The translations under genes were made by a program, and so were the position numbers. This document shows, in pieces, positions 1 to 9,106 of a DNA stretch of 64,000 bases (its first letter is position 1; each line of letters starts with the position of its first letter). This DNA is from Thermoanaerobaculia bacterium (GTDB lineage Bacteria > Acidobacteriota > Thermoanaerobaculia > UBA5066), in assembly GCA_022071945.1 (NCBI GenBank), contig JAJVIN010000019.1:15637-79636 (forward strand), written 5' to 3'. Below the pieces are notes generated by a model that saw only the letters and a list, made by a program, of their open reading frames with translations, did no database searches and had not been told where the DNA came from.

Positions 1-30
1 CCGGCGAGGGGAGCGAGGAGACGGGGTGGG

Positions 31-1281
31 GTGTCCGCGTCCACGGGACAGTGCCCCCGCAAACGACGGTGGATGGTTCTCCCGTGTCCCTTTCCTACCA
101 GGCGCAGTTCTACTTTACGTTTGGTAATCCCAAACGTAAAGTATGATTACATGATCGAACGGCGGTTCTGGCGGAAGCGGATCGAGGACGCCTGGAAGCA
201 GGCTCCCATCGTCTGGCTTGCGGGAGTCCGTCGCACAGGAAAGACGACGCTGGCGGGGATGCTGCGTCCTGAGCGGACGTTTCACGTCAACTGCGACCTG
301 CCAGCGTCGGGAGAGATGGTGCGGGATCCGGCTGTGTTCTTTCGGTCGTGCGGCAAGCCGATCGTCGTGTTCGACGAGATCCACCAGCTGAGCGACCCGA
401 GCCGGGTGCTGAAGATCGGGGCTGACCTCTTTCCGGATCTGCGCATCCTCGCGACGGGTTCCTCGACTCTCGCGGCAACGGCGAAGTTCAAGGACACGCT
501 GACCGGCCGGAAGCGAACGGTTCACCTGACTCCGGTGCTCTGGGACGAGCTTCCGGCATTCGGCGTGGCGCTGCAGAAGCGGCTTTTCCACGGAGGACTG
601 CCGCCCGCTCTGCTGCCGGAAACCAAGGATCCCGGGTTCTTTCGGGAGTGGCTCGACTCCTTTTTCGCTCGCGACGTCCAGCGGGTCTTTGCCATCAGGG
701 ACGTGAACCGGTTCAACGCCCTTCTGGAATACCTCCTCCGCCAGAGCGGCGGTCAGTTCGAGTTGACGCGGACGGCGGCCTCTCTCGGCATTTCGCGGCC
801 GACGGTCGACTCCTATCTGAGAGCGCTCGAGGTGACCCATGCCGTGACGCTGGTCCGGCCGTTTCACGGAGGAGGTCAGAGCGAGATCGTGCGGATGCCG
901 AAGATCTACGGCTTTGACACGGGCTTCGTCAGTTTCGCGCGGGGCTGGGATCCGCTTCGTCCCGAGGACCTGGGGATTCTCTGGCAGCACCTGGTCCTCG
1001 AGCACGTACAGGCGCGCTTCCCGGAAACTCCGCCGCTCTACTGGCGGGACAAGGCCGGACGGGAAATCGATTTCGTCCTTCCGAGGGATCGGGAGACCGT
1101 CGATGTCATCGAGTGCAAGTGGAACCCCGGCTCATTCGATGCCTCCGCCCTTAAGGTCTTCCGGGCGAGCTATCCGAAGGGAAGGAATTTCCTGGTCACG
1201 CCTTCGGGTGAGCCCGGTTACACGAGAGCATTCGGGGCCTACGAGGTCCGGATCTGCACGCCTTCTGAGCTGCACGTCTGA
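31..1281 (+). CDS. AAA+ ATPase of the DUF4143 family (AAA_14 N-terminal domain plus DUF4143 C-terminal domain)
   Basis: Walker A GVRRTGKTTLAGML near the N-terminus; Walker B-like VVFDEIHQL. Overall architecture and length (416 aa) are typical of DUF4143 ATP-binding proteins. GTG start at 31. Confidence 0.7.
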   Translation: MSASTGQCPRKRRWMVLPCPFPTRRSSTLRLVIPNVKYDYMIERRFWRKRIEDAWKQAPIVWLAGVRRTGKTTLAGMLRPERTFHVNCDLPASGEMVRDPAVFFRSCGKPIVVFDEIHQLSDPSRVLKIGADLFPDLRILATGSSTLAATAKFKDTLTGRKRTVHLTPVLWDELPAFGVALQKRLFHGGLPPALLPETKDPGFFREWLDSFFARDVQRVFAIRDVNRFNALLEYLLRQSGGQFELTRTAASLGISRPTVDSYLRALEVTHAVTLVRPFHGGGQSEIVRMPKIYGFDTGFVSFARGWDPLRPEDLGILWQHLVLEHVQARFPETPPLYWRDKAGREIDFVLPRDRETVDVIECKWNPGSFDASALKVFRASYPKGRNFLVTPSGEPGYTRAFGAYEVRICTPSELHV

Positions 1282-2013
1282 GCGCTGGCGGGTCCCTCGT
1301 CTGGCGGAAGAGGCTGGCTCCGGAGGTTCGCTCCCTGCCGGGCAAGCATGACTCCCCCTCGCCCCGCGTGAGCAAGGAGAGGGCCGCCGTGAGGCGGGGT
1401 GAGGGGTGCCTCGACTGGCGCGCACGCGGCACAAGGCCCGGCACGGTGGGGGATGGGCGAATGGGTCGAGCCATGGCCGGGGAACCTCAAATGCAGGTAA
1501 GGGACTCGGAGACTCCTGCGGGGAGGACGCGAGCGCGTCACGGTCCGCAAGGAGCCACGACTCGACTTCGACGACCGCGACGCCGTAGAGCATGTTCGGG
1601 CGCTGAGGTTTGGACAGCCACGCTGACCTGAGGCTGGCAGGACACTCGGCGCGATCGAGATCCGTCAGGAGGAAGAAGGGCCTCTCGGCGGCGGCGTTGT
1701 TGAAGCCGTCAACGGACCTTTTGAGAAAGCCGGCGCCGCCGCGCCGGTAGACTCTGCCCACCGCAAAGTTCCCCACCTGCGGGCGGGAACCCTTGTTTTC
1801 GCTGATCTGCTCCACGAGGGTCTCGGTCATCCGCAGCGGGTCCCTCGTGTCGGCCTCGCCCGGGCGGCTCCGAACGAGCTGACCCCGGAATCGGACTCTC
1901 TCGAACCTGAGGACGGGCTTGCGTTCACCCCGATTCTGCTGGCCGATTCCGAGCCCGTAGCGCCACTCCGCGGCTCCGGAGGGGGAGGCCGCCACCGACA
2001 CATCGGTCTCCAC
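1132..2013 (-). CDS. DUF4276/RloB-like protein, probably frameshifted or C-terminally degraded (only the N-terminal ~170 aa look protein-like)
   Basis: Segment FFLLTDLDRAECP...YGVAVVEVESWLLADRDAL resembles the conserved acidic core and the E-x-E-x-W-L-L-A-D signature of small partner proteins of AAA_21/OLD-type ATPases. The C-terminal half of the ORF is R/P/S-rich junk that overlaps the 3' end of the convergent gene 31-1281. Confidence 0.35.
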   Translation of the reverse strand: METDVSVAASPSGAAEWRYGLGIGQQNRGERKPVLRFERVRFRGQLVRSRPGEADTRDPLRMTETLVEQISENKGSRPQVGNFAVGRVYRRGGAGFLKRSVDGFNNAAAERPFFLLTDLDRAECPASLRSAWLSKPQRPNMLYGVAVVEVESWLLADRDALASSPQESPSPLPAFEVPRPWLDPFAHPPPCRALCRVRASRGTPHPASRRPSPCSRGARGSHACPAGSEPPEPASSARRGTRQRSDVQLRRRADPDLVGPECSRVTGLTRRRDQEIPSLRIARPEDLKGGGIE

Positions 2014-2084
2014 CTCCGGGGTCCGGCGGGCGGCGAGGCATCTGACCCGGGAAACGCCGCCCCGCGATCGAATCGCGGTCTACA

Positions 2085-2283
2085 ACCCGCCGCTCTCCTT
2101 GGCCAGATCCCTCAGGAAAAGCAACGAATCGAGCAGGTTGGATTTCCCAGAAGCGTTGGGTCCGACGAGGAACGCGCGGTCCCGCAGGCCGACATCGACG
2201 GCGAGGAAGTTCCTCCAGTTCTTCAAGACGAGGCGGGTCACCAACATCCGCATGCCACTCCGGGTCGAGCCGATTGAAATGAT
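2085..2283 (-). pseudogene. Remnant N-terminal fragment of an AAA_21/ABC-type ATPase (Walker A only), no start codon, bounded by in-frame stops
   Basis: Minus-strand frame translates to ...VDVGLRDRAFLVGPNASGKSNLLDSLLFLRDLAKESGGL then a stop at about 2082. GPNASGKSNLLD-x-L-x-FL is the canonical P-loop and following helix of AAA_21/AAA_15 ATPases. The ~400-aa body is absent, since only ~70 nt separate it from the downstream DUF4276-like gene. Confidence 0.4.
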
Positions 2284-2753
2284 GATTGCCCCCTCAAGGT
2301 CTGTTCACGAGGCGCCGGCAGGGGTGCCAGGCTCCGGAAAGCAACGGTCCACCAAGCCCATCGTTCCAGGGACGTCGACCGCTTCCACCCTCTCATTGGG
2401 TACCCGCTTCGCCATAGTGGCGGCGAGAGGTCATGCCGAGGACACCCTCTACGGGTGCTTGCGACCGGTGGGTAAGCCAACGAGAGGCGAAGGAATGGAG
2501 AATGAGGGTGGAGGGACGGACACCATTTGTCCGTGGGGGCGCGCCATGATGTAGAGGTGATGAGGAAAGGCCCTTCCCGCCGGGGAACGAGGGTCATGCG
2601 CGGTCTTTGCGGAGCCGGAGCCGCCCGAAGCGGACCCCATCTTGGGCCTGCGGTTGGCGATCAGTCCGGGGGGCGAAGCGGTGGATGGACAATTGCGAGG
2701 TCGGCGCCGTGGAAAGCAACGAAACGAAACGAACCGCCCAACCTCACGAAGCA

Positions 2754-2783
2754 TTGATCCGAATCTGACCCAAGGCGTAGTAT
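2754..2783 (+). promoter_or_regulatory. Candidate sigma70-type promoter upstream of the cas operon
   Basis: TTGATC at 2754-2759 and TAGTAT at 2778-2783 with an 18-nt spacer, in a locally AT-richer stretch about 170-215 nt upstream of the cas3 start candidates. Confidence 0.3.
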
Positions 2784-2954
2784 GACCTGCAACTTTATGC
2801 CTTCTCTCATCGTGAGTTCGGCTCATGAGGGAGACCTGATGCCAGGTGAGGTATCAGCCGTGAAGGAAGTGGTAGCGATCTTCAAGCTGGCCGAGAAGAA
2901 GGTCAACGCCGTTGCAGCGGCCGGCGGGAACCCCGCTCTCACGATCCGGAGGCG

Positions 2955-5798
2955 ATGGCACATGAAGCGCACGGTGTGGTGGAGACGGAGGGCGTGATGG
3001 CGAGAAGCACCCAGGAGGAGTCGTTCTGCGACTTCTTTATGACGGCAACCGGTGGCTTCAAGCCCTACGGCTGGCAGAAGCTTGTCGCGCTCGATGGCTT
3101 TCCCGACGTGCTTGCGGTTCCAACGGGGCTCGGCAAGACAGAAGTCTCACTAGCGTGGGCATGGCGTCTTCTCATCGACAAAAAGGGCGAGCCGTTGCAC
3201 CTCGTTCTGTGTCTGCCGATGCGCAGTCTCGTAACGCAGACGGTGCGCCGCCTGAAGGGCTACTTCGACGCCCTCGGGGTAGCAAAGCCGGACCTCGATG
3301 TCGGCGTTCATCAGCTCATGGGCGGCGCGATCGAGGACGAGTGGGTTCGTCAGCCGGAGAGGCCGTGGGTGCTCGTAGGAACGCAAGACCAACTTCTGTC
3401 GCGAGCTCTCAATCGCGGCTACGCGGTGAGCCGCTTCGAATGGCCGGTTCACTTCGGTTTGCTCAACAACGACTGCCGTTGGCTGATCGACGAAGTCCAG
3501 CTCATGGGGCCAGGCCTCTGGACGACCGCGCAGCTCGATTGGATGCGCAGGAAGAGGTTCCCGCCGCTGAAGCCAACGCCAACGACGTGGATGAGCGCCA
3601 CCGTTGGCACCTTGTTCCTGAGCACCACGGATCGAGAGCGGGATGGCCTTGGCGAGCCGCCGGCCGAACAGGTGCAGTTCAAGGAGAGGCTGCACGGCAC
3701 GCTTAAGAACGACCATGCGCTCGAGTGGTGGCGGGACGCAAAGCGACCCGTCGAGTGGTGGCAACCCGAGGCTCGGGACGCGAAGAGCAGCGGAGCGAAG
3801 AAGAGAAGCGGGGCGAAGTCGGCGGCCATCACGCCCGAAGCCGTCGCCAGCGCCGTGCTGAAAGAACACACGGCCGGCACGCTCACGCTTGTCATCTGCA
3901 ACACCGTGGACATGGCGAGAGAAGTCTTCCGGGCGATGTCATCGGTGGATCACAAGGTTCTGCTGACTTCTCGTTTCAGGCGCGAAGATCGCGCCCTACA
4001 CGAGAAGAGACTCCTCGAGTTCGATGCAAAACGACGGACCGGCGACCTGCCTGAGAACGACCCCGGCCTCATCTGCGTGAGTACGCAGGTCATCGAAGCG
4101 GGAGTGGACATCTCTGCGCATCGCCTCTGGTCGGAACTCGCGCCGTGGCCGGCGATGCTCCAGCGTCTGGGGCGTCTCAACCGAAAGGGGGACGACCAGG
4201 AGGCTCGTGCCTGGATATGGGAAGCGCCGAAGGAAGGTGGAAACAAGGAGCTCAAGCGCACCGGGCCTTACGAAGCCGCCGACATCGACCTCGCAAGAAA
4301 GCTCGTCGACGCATTCGTTCCCCTCTCTCGAAGCAAGACGTTCTCGGCGGCCATCGACGCCCTGAACACGAGCAAGCACGATGAAGTGTTGAGGTCACTG
4401 CAGCCGAAGCCGAGCCCGATGCCACGGGCCCTCGATGTGCATGGTCTCTTCTCGACGGAGCGCGACGTCCACGGCGGGTTCACTGACGTCAGCGCCTTCG
4501 TGCGCGGCACCGATCCAGAAATCGATGTGACGGTGTTTTGGCGTGATTGGGCGGACGACATCCCTCCGCGAGGCGACGACCTCGACGGCCCCTTGCTGGA
4601 GCCCTCGAGGGAGGGATGCCCCGTGTCATTCGTTCACGTCCAGAAGATGCTCGAGAACAGCAAGAGCAAGGCTTGGCTCTGGAACGACGAGGCTGACCGC
4701 TGGGAGCGCGCGAACCATTGGGACATCCGGCCCGGCATGCTCGTGATGCTCAAGCGCGATGCCGGCGGGTACGACAGCGCCGAAGGCTGGACGGGTGACA
4801 AGGCAGACGTGCTCGCCGAAGTGCCGCGCGCCGGGCGCGGCGCGACGCTGCGGGACGATGTCTGGACGGAGGTCGGCTACTGGTCGAAGCTCGAAGACCA
4901 CCTGAAGGATGCACGAGGCGAGGCCGAGGCGCTTTGCGATGCGCTATCGCTGACGGGTGACACCAGGACGGCTGTCGTGGAAGCTTCAGGGCATCACGAC
5001 CTCGGCAAAGCGCATCCCCAGTGGCAGGCTGCATTGCCCGATCGTTCTGGAATCACGGACGCACTGTTCGCCAAGAGCCCGAGCGTCGTTGCCGCCGACG
5101 TGGTGGGCGACGTCGCCGCCGTTCGCGCGGAGTTCCGGAAACTTCGACCGAGAGCGCTTGAGCTTCCGGACGAAGCACGCCGACGCGGTCGCAAAGACCT
5201 TGTTCGCGTTCGTTGGGCCATCGACGACAAGCTCCGCGAGCCGGAACTGAAATCGCTGCGCGCCGTGGCTGGGGTTCGCTGGTCCGGCCACCTTCAATTC
5301 CGCCCTGGGCTGCGCCACGAGGTCGCTTCCGCACTGGCGATGTGGAGGAGGTACCGGGATAACGAGATGAAGCCATACCCGGCTCTCGCCGTCTACCTGG
5401 CGGCAGCGCACCACGGGAAGGTGCGCACCGTGTTGCGATCGACGACGGGCCGAGGCGACGATGTCTTCGGCGTGGGGAGCGAGCCGGGCACGCTCGTGAT
5501 CGGCACCGAGCATTGGCCCCTCGACTTCTCGATAGCGAAAGACGGCGCTGAGGGTCGTTGGGAAGGCAGCGAGTTTGTGCTGACCGGGCACGGCTGGACG
5601 GGCCTCGTCGCCGACCTGCTCGGACCGTGGCGCCCCGAAGAAAGGAGCGACGTGGGCGTCGTACCCGAGACGGAAACACGTCAACTTGGCCCGTTCGCAC
5701 TGGCGTACCTGGAAGCGCTCGTTCGCATCGCTGACTGGCGCGCCAGCGAGCAGCCGAGTGCGGGCATCAAGCCGAGCGAGGTGCGTGATGACCGCTGA
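2955..5798 (+). CDS. cas3: Cas3 helicase-nuclease, type I-G architecture (SF2 helicase N-terminal, HD nuclease C-terminal)
   Basis: Helicase motif I LAVPTGLGKTEVSLAWAW; motif II DEVQLMGPG; ICNTVDMAREVF and QVIEAGVDIS motifs; C-terminal HD-like region ...PALAVYLAAAHHGKVRTVL. An alternative start at 2997 (MARSTQEE) is possible. Confidence 0.9.
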   Translation: MAHEAHGVVETEGVMARSTQEESFCDFFMTATGGFKPYGWQKLVALDGFPDVLAVPTGLGKTEVSLAWAWRLLIDKKGEPLHLVLCLPMRSLVTQTVRRLKGYFDALGVAKPDLDVGVHQLMGGAIEDEWVRQPERPWVLVGTQDQLLSRALNRGYAVSRFEWPVHFGLLNNDCRWLIDEVQLMGPGLWTTAQLDWMRRKRFPPLKPTPTTWMSATVGTLFLSTTDRERDGLGEPPAEQVQFKERLHGTLKNDHALEWWRDAKRPVEWWQPEARDAKSSGAKKRSGAKSAAITPEAVASAVLKEHTAGTLTLVICNTVDMAREVFRAMSSVDHKVLLTSRFRREDRALHEKRLLEFDAKRRTGDLPENDPGLICVSTQVIEAGVDISAHRLWSELAPWPAMLQRLGRLNRKGDDQEARAWIWEAPKEGGNKELKRTGPYEAADIDLARKLVDAFVPLSRSKTFSAAIDALNTSKHDEVLRSLQPKPSPMPRALDVHGLFSTERDVHGGFTDVSAFVRGTDPEIDVTVFWRDWADDIPPRGDDLDGPLLEPSREGCPVSFVHVQKMLENSKSKAWLWNDEADRWERANHWDIRPGMLVMLKRDAGGYDSAEGWTGDKADVLAEVPRAGRGATLRDDVWTEVGYWSKLEDHLKDARGEAEALCDALSLTGDTRTAVVEASGHHDLGKAHPQWQAALPDRSGITDALFAKSPSVVAADVVGDVAAVRAEFRKLRPRALELPDEARRRGRKDLVRVRWAIDDKLREPELKSLRAVAGVRWSGHLQFRPGLRHEVASALAMWRRYRDNEMKPYPALAVYLAAAHHGKVRTVLRSTTGRGDDVFGVGSEPGTLVIGTEHWPLDFSIAKDGAEGRWEGSEFVLTGHGWTGLVADLLGPWRPEERSDVGVVPETETRQLGPFALAYLEALVRIADWRASEQPSAGIKPSEVRDDR

Positions 5799-7962
5799 AC
5801 TTCGGGTTCCGGCGCTGGCGCTGCCGGGACTCTTCCCCGACAGCCTTGGCAATTACCTCGCGTCGCTCGGTCTCCTTCGTGTGCTCAGCCGGAGGTGGCC
5901 GAGCACGCGCATAGCGTGGCGCGACGAGATATTGCAGGTAGTCGGAGGCCCGCAGACGCTCGATGATCTGCTCGACGAACTGGTGCGAATCGCGAGTACG
6001 CAGAGCAATTCTGACGAACAGCGTGAGTGGACCCAGTACGACAAGGCGTGGTCCGATGCGCAAAAGGAGGGCACCAAGGCCAAGTCCGGCACGCCTCTCG
6101 CGCGCTGGCAAGCGGAAGCGCAGGAGACCTACCTTCAGCTCTTCGCGGCGCATGCGGTGCCGCACGCTCGGGTGAGCTTCAATCCGCTACTTGGCAGTGG
6201 TGGCAACGCAGGCAGACGTGACTTCGCGGCGGGCTGGAAGCAGGCCGTCGATGCGCTCGCAGCTGCCCCGAAGCCGGCCAAGGGGCGCGGGAAGAAGAAG
6301 TCGGAGGCAGCAGCCGGTCATTCGGCATCCCCTGACGAGAGGCGAAGTGCGCTACGAGCATTCCTCCTTGGTGAGCCGATCGAGTGGCTGGTCGAGAAAC
6401 TCTCCGCAGGGTCGTGGTTCAGCGAGGCGACGAAGCTCTACAACAGTGGTCAGTCCCCTTCGCGCGAGGGGCAGGTTTCCCCCTGGGCGATGGTCCTTGC
6501 CTGCGAAGGTCTGCCGTTCCTCGCTGGCGGTGCGTCTCGAAGGCTTGGTACTCGCTGGCGAGCCGTCGGCGCATTCCCTTTCGTTACGCAATCAGTCGCG
6601 CCGGAAGTGACGGGCGAAGCAGGTCGAATCCTCGGTGAGATCTGGGCGCCCCTATGGCAGCGCCCGATGTCCCTCGCAGAAACGAGCATGCTGTTCTCGC
6701 GCGGACGGGCCGAGCTGCGCGGCCGTGGCGCCCTGACGCCGGCAGCGTTCGCTGCGGCGATTCTGGGGCGCGGCGTGGATGCGGGTGTCAGCGAGTTTCG
6801 TCGCTTCACGCTCGGTCGAACGACCAGCGCCAACACGTTCGAGCCCCGCATGGAGGCCCGCTTCTCGCTCGATACCGGCTCGGACTCGGCCGACGCGGTT
6901 TCGGTCACTCTCGAACGCATCACGGCGTTGATCGAACAGGGTGGCTTCCCTCGTGACCGGAAGGTGGGCCAACGCTGGCGTGTAGAGAGACTTCGAGGGC
7001 CCATCGAAGCGGCGCTCCTCGACGTAGCAGCAGAGCCGAATCGCGCCGAAGCGGGAATCGCGATGCTTGACGCCATCACGAATGCGCTGGATCGAATCGA
7101 CCGAAATCGAGAGTTCCGCAAACGCAAGATCCGCTGGGAGCCGCTTCCTCTCGACTGGCTGCCGTCGCTGTTCGCTGACCAGCAGCCCGGAGAGGAGGCA
7201 CGGCTCGCCTTGTCGCTCGTGTCGTCGTTCCCAGTCGCACAACCCTTTGCGACGTTCCGCTTCGGCGTCGAGTGGAAGTGGGGAGAGACATACGCCTACT
7301 ACACCCATGTAGAGCGCCCGCCTGCGCGTTGGGTTTGGGGCCCGGGCGAGCTTGCTCGCGTTCTCGGTGTCGTCCTCTCGCGCAGGCTGCTCGAGCAAGA
7401 GACCGAGGCGGACCGGGCAGCCCTTGGCCGCGCACCTCTCCCTGCGACGACCGCGCAGGTCCGGCGGTGGCTGGCGGGCGAAATCGACGAGTCGCTCTTC
7501 GCGGCATGGCTCTCGCGGCTCGCTCTCTTCGACTGGAGGCGGGTCCCGAAAGGATTGCGAAAGCTGGCCCCGCCGGAGCACCAAACTCCGCGAGCAGATG
7601 CCGGGTTGGCCCTGTATGGGCTCATTCAGCCGATTGTCGACCGGCGAGCCTTGATCATCCGAAACCTGACACCTCACGATCTGCTCGCCGATGAGGCCGG
7701 CGCTCGCACCACGAAGGCGGCGCGATCGCTGGTCACGCTGATACGTGCTGGCAGCCTCGATGCTGCTGTGCGACTTGCGGCCGCCCGCTACACGATGGCC
7801 GGTGCGCAACTCGCGTCCTTCGATGCGCCGTTCGGCACACACAACCCAGACCGCTTCGTCGCGGCCCTGCTGCTCACGATTTCGGACCGCGATCGGGCGG
7901 TCTTGTTCGAACGCTGGCTTCGTCCTCGACGCCGGCCAAAAGGAGGAGAAGTGAATGCCTGA
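5788..7962 (+). CDS. csx17: Csx17 (Cas8u2) large subunit of type I-G Cascade
   Basis: N-terminus ALPGLFPDSLGNYLASLGLLRVL is the Csx17 family signature. The ATG at 5788 overlaps the cas3 stop. Position between cas3 and csb1 matches the I-G gene order. Confidence 0.8.
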   Translation: MTAELRVPALALPGLFPDSLGNYLASLGLLRVLSRRWPSTRIAWRDEILQVVGGPQTLDDLLDELVRIASTQSNSDEQREWTQYDKAWSDAQKEGTKAKSGTPLARWQAEAQETYLQLFAAHAVPHARVSFNPLLGSGGNAGRRDFAAGWKQAVDALAAAPKPAKGRGKKKSEAAAGHSASPDERRSALRAFLLGEPIEWLVEKLSAGSWFSEATKLYNSGQSPSREGQVSPWAMVLACEGLPFLAGGASRRLGTRWRAVGAFPFVTQSVAPEVTGEAGRILGEIWAPLWQRPMSLAETSMLFSRGRAELRGRGALTPAAFAAAILGRGVDAGVSEFRRFTLGRTTSANTFEPRMEARFSLDTGSDSADAVSVTLERITALIEQGGFPRDRKVGQRWRVERLRGPIEAALLDVAAEPNRAEAGIAMLDAITNALDRIDRNREFRKRKIRWEPLPLDWLPSLFADQQPGEEARLALSLVSSFPVAQPFATFRFGVEWKWGETYAYYTHVERPPARWVWGPGELARVLGVVLSRRLLEQETEADRAALGRAPLPATTAQVRRWLAGEIDESLFAAWLSRLALFDWRRVPKGLRKLAPPEHQTPRADAGLALYGLIQPIVDRRALIIRNLTPHDLLADEAGARTTKAARSLVTLIRAGSLDAAVRLAAARYTMAGAQLASFDAPFGTHNPDRFVAALLLTISDRDRAVLFERWLRPRRRPKGGEVNA

Positions 7963-9106
7963 CATGAAGAACAAACTCACGCCATCCGAGGTCCTGAAGG
8001 GAGATTCGCCCCTCGTCCTGACGGCGACGCTCGAGCCCCTCCTCGGCGACCGGTTCCAGCCAGCCGCGTTCCCCGAGATCGGCCACGTCATCTACAAGGC
8101 GCCGCGAAAGGACGGGGGTACCGAAAACGTCTGCATTGTCGACAGCGCCGCGAGTATGGCCAACCACCTCGAGTCGGTCTGCCAGCGCGGCGCACACGAC
8201 CTCGACCTCGTGGAGGAGCTCGACGGGATGCCCTACATCCGCTGCGTCACGAATACCTCGGAGGGCCAGGAGCCCACGAAGAGCCGCGAGGTCGTCGTGA
8301 CGAGCCTCACCGAAGGACATCGCATCGCATCCTCGTACTTTGTCGAGGGCACTGTCCTGAGGGGAGACACTAGGGCAACGAAGAAGAGCAAGGACGGGAA
8401 GGACGAGCCGTTGACCCTCGAGCGTGAGCTCATCGACAAGTTTGGCATCGTCCTGCCCGGGAGCACGAAAGCGCATCCGCCGGCAGAGAAGTGGTGGAAC
8501 GTGTTCAAGACCATCTTCGAGGTAGATCCGAACTCGCTCGTCCACGGCGTACTCTTCCCCCAGTGGCAGATCAAGATCCCGCGATTGTTGACCGCGCACC
8601 TTGAGGCATTCGGTGCGGGCCGCGTCGATCGTTCGGGCGTGAAGTTCGATAAGGAACTGGGTCCGAAATCGGACAAGCGGGTCCAAGCGATCTTTTCTGT
8701 GGATGACGCGACGGCCACCAAGGTTCAAGCGACGTTCGTGCTGGATGTGAGCCTGCTCCGCTCGTTTGGGCGCAAGAAGAAGGACGGCGGCCAAGAGACA
8801 CAGCTCGGCCTGCCTGAGAAGCAACAGGAGTTTCTGGTCGCCCTCGCGCTATGGAAGATCCAGAGGCTCCTCAAATCGCCCTTCCGCTTCAGGTCCGGTT
8901 GTCACCTACGCCTCATGAAGCTCGAGAGCTGCGGCCAGGAAGTTGAGATCGATGTCGACATCAAGGCCGCGATCTCGGCGGCTGGCTTCGGCGAGCAACC
9001 CGTCACGGACGTATTCTGGCCGCGTGAGGACCTGTACCGGGAAGGCCAGGCTGAGGCTGCCAAGAGCGCAGGCGAAGAAGAGGCCCCGGAAGAGACCGAG
9101 GGATGA
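7955..9106 (+). CDS. csb1: Csb1 (Cas7 backbone subunit, type I-G; GSU0053 family)
   Basis: 383 aa, RAMP-like. Translationally coupled to csx17 and csb2 through overlapping stop and start codons. Position in the operon fits. Confidence 0.8.
   Translation: MPDMKNKLTPSEVLKGDSPLVLTATLEPLLGDRFQPAAFPEIGHVIYKAPRKDGGTENVCIVDSAASMANHLESVCQRGAHDLDLVEELDGMPYIRCVTNTSEGQEPTKSREVVVTSLTEGHRIASSYFVEGTVLRGDTRATKKSKDGKDEPLTLERELIDKFGIVLPGSTKAHPPAEKWWNVFKTIFEVDPNSLVHGVLFPQWQIKIPRLLTAHLEAFGAGRVDRSGVKFDKELGPKSDKRVQAIFSVDDATATKVQATFVLDVSLLRSFGRKKKDGGQETQLGLPEKQQEFLVALALWKIQRLLKSPFRFRSGCHLRLMKLESCGQEVEIDVDIKAAISAAGFGEQPVTDVFWPREDLYREGQAEAAKSAGEEEAPEETEG

Noticed and set aside
6450-8824. Minus-strand ORFs 6450-7127, 6652-8091 and 7874-8824
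   Set aside because: Antisense to csx17 and csb1 within a translationally coupled cas operon; low-complexity translations.
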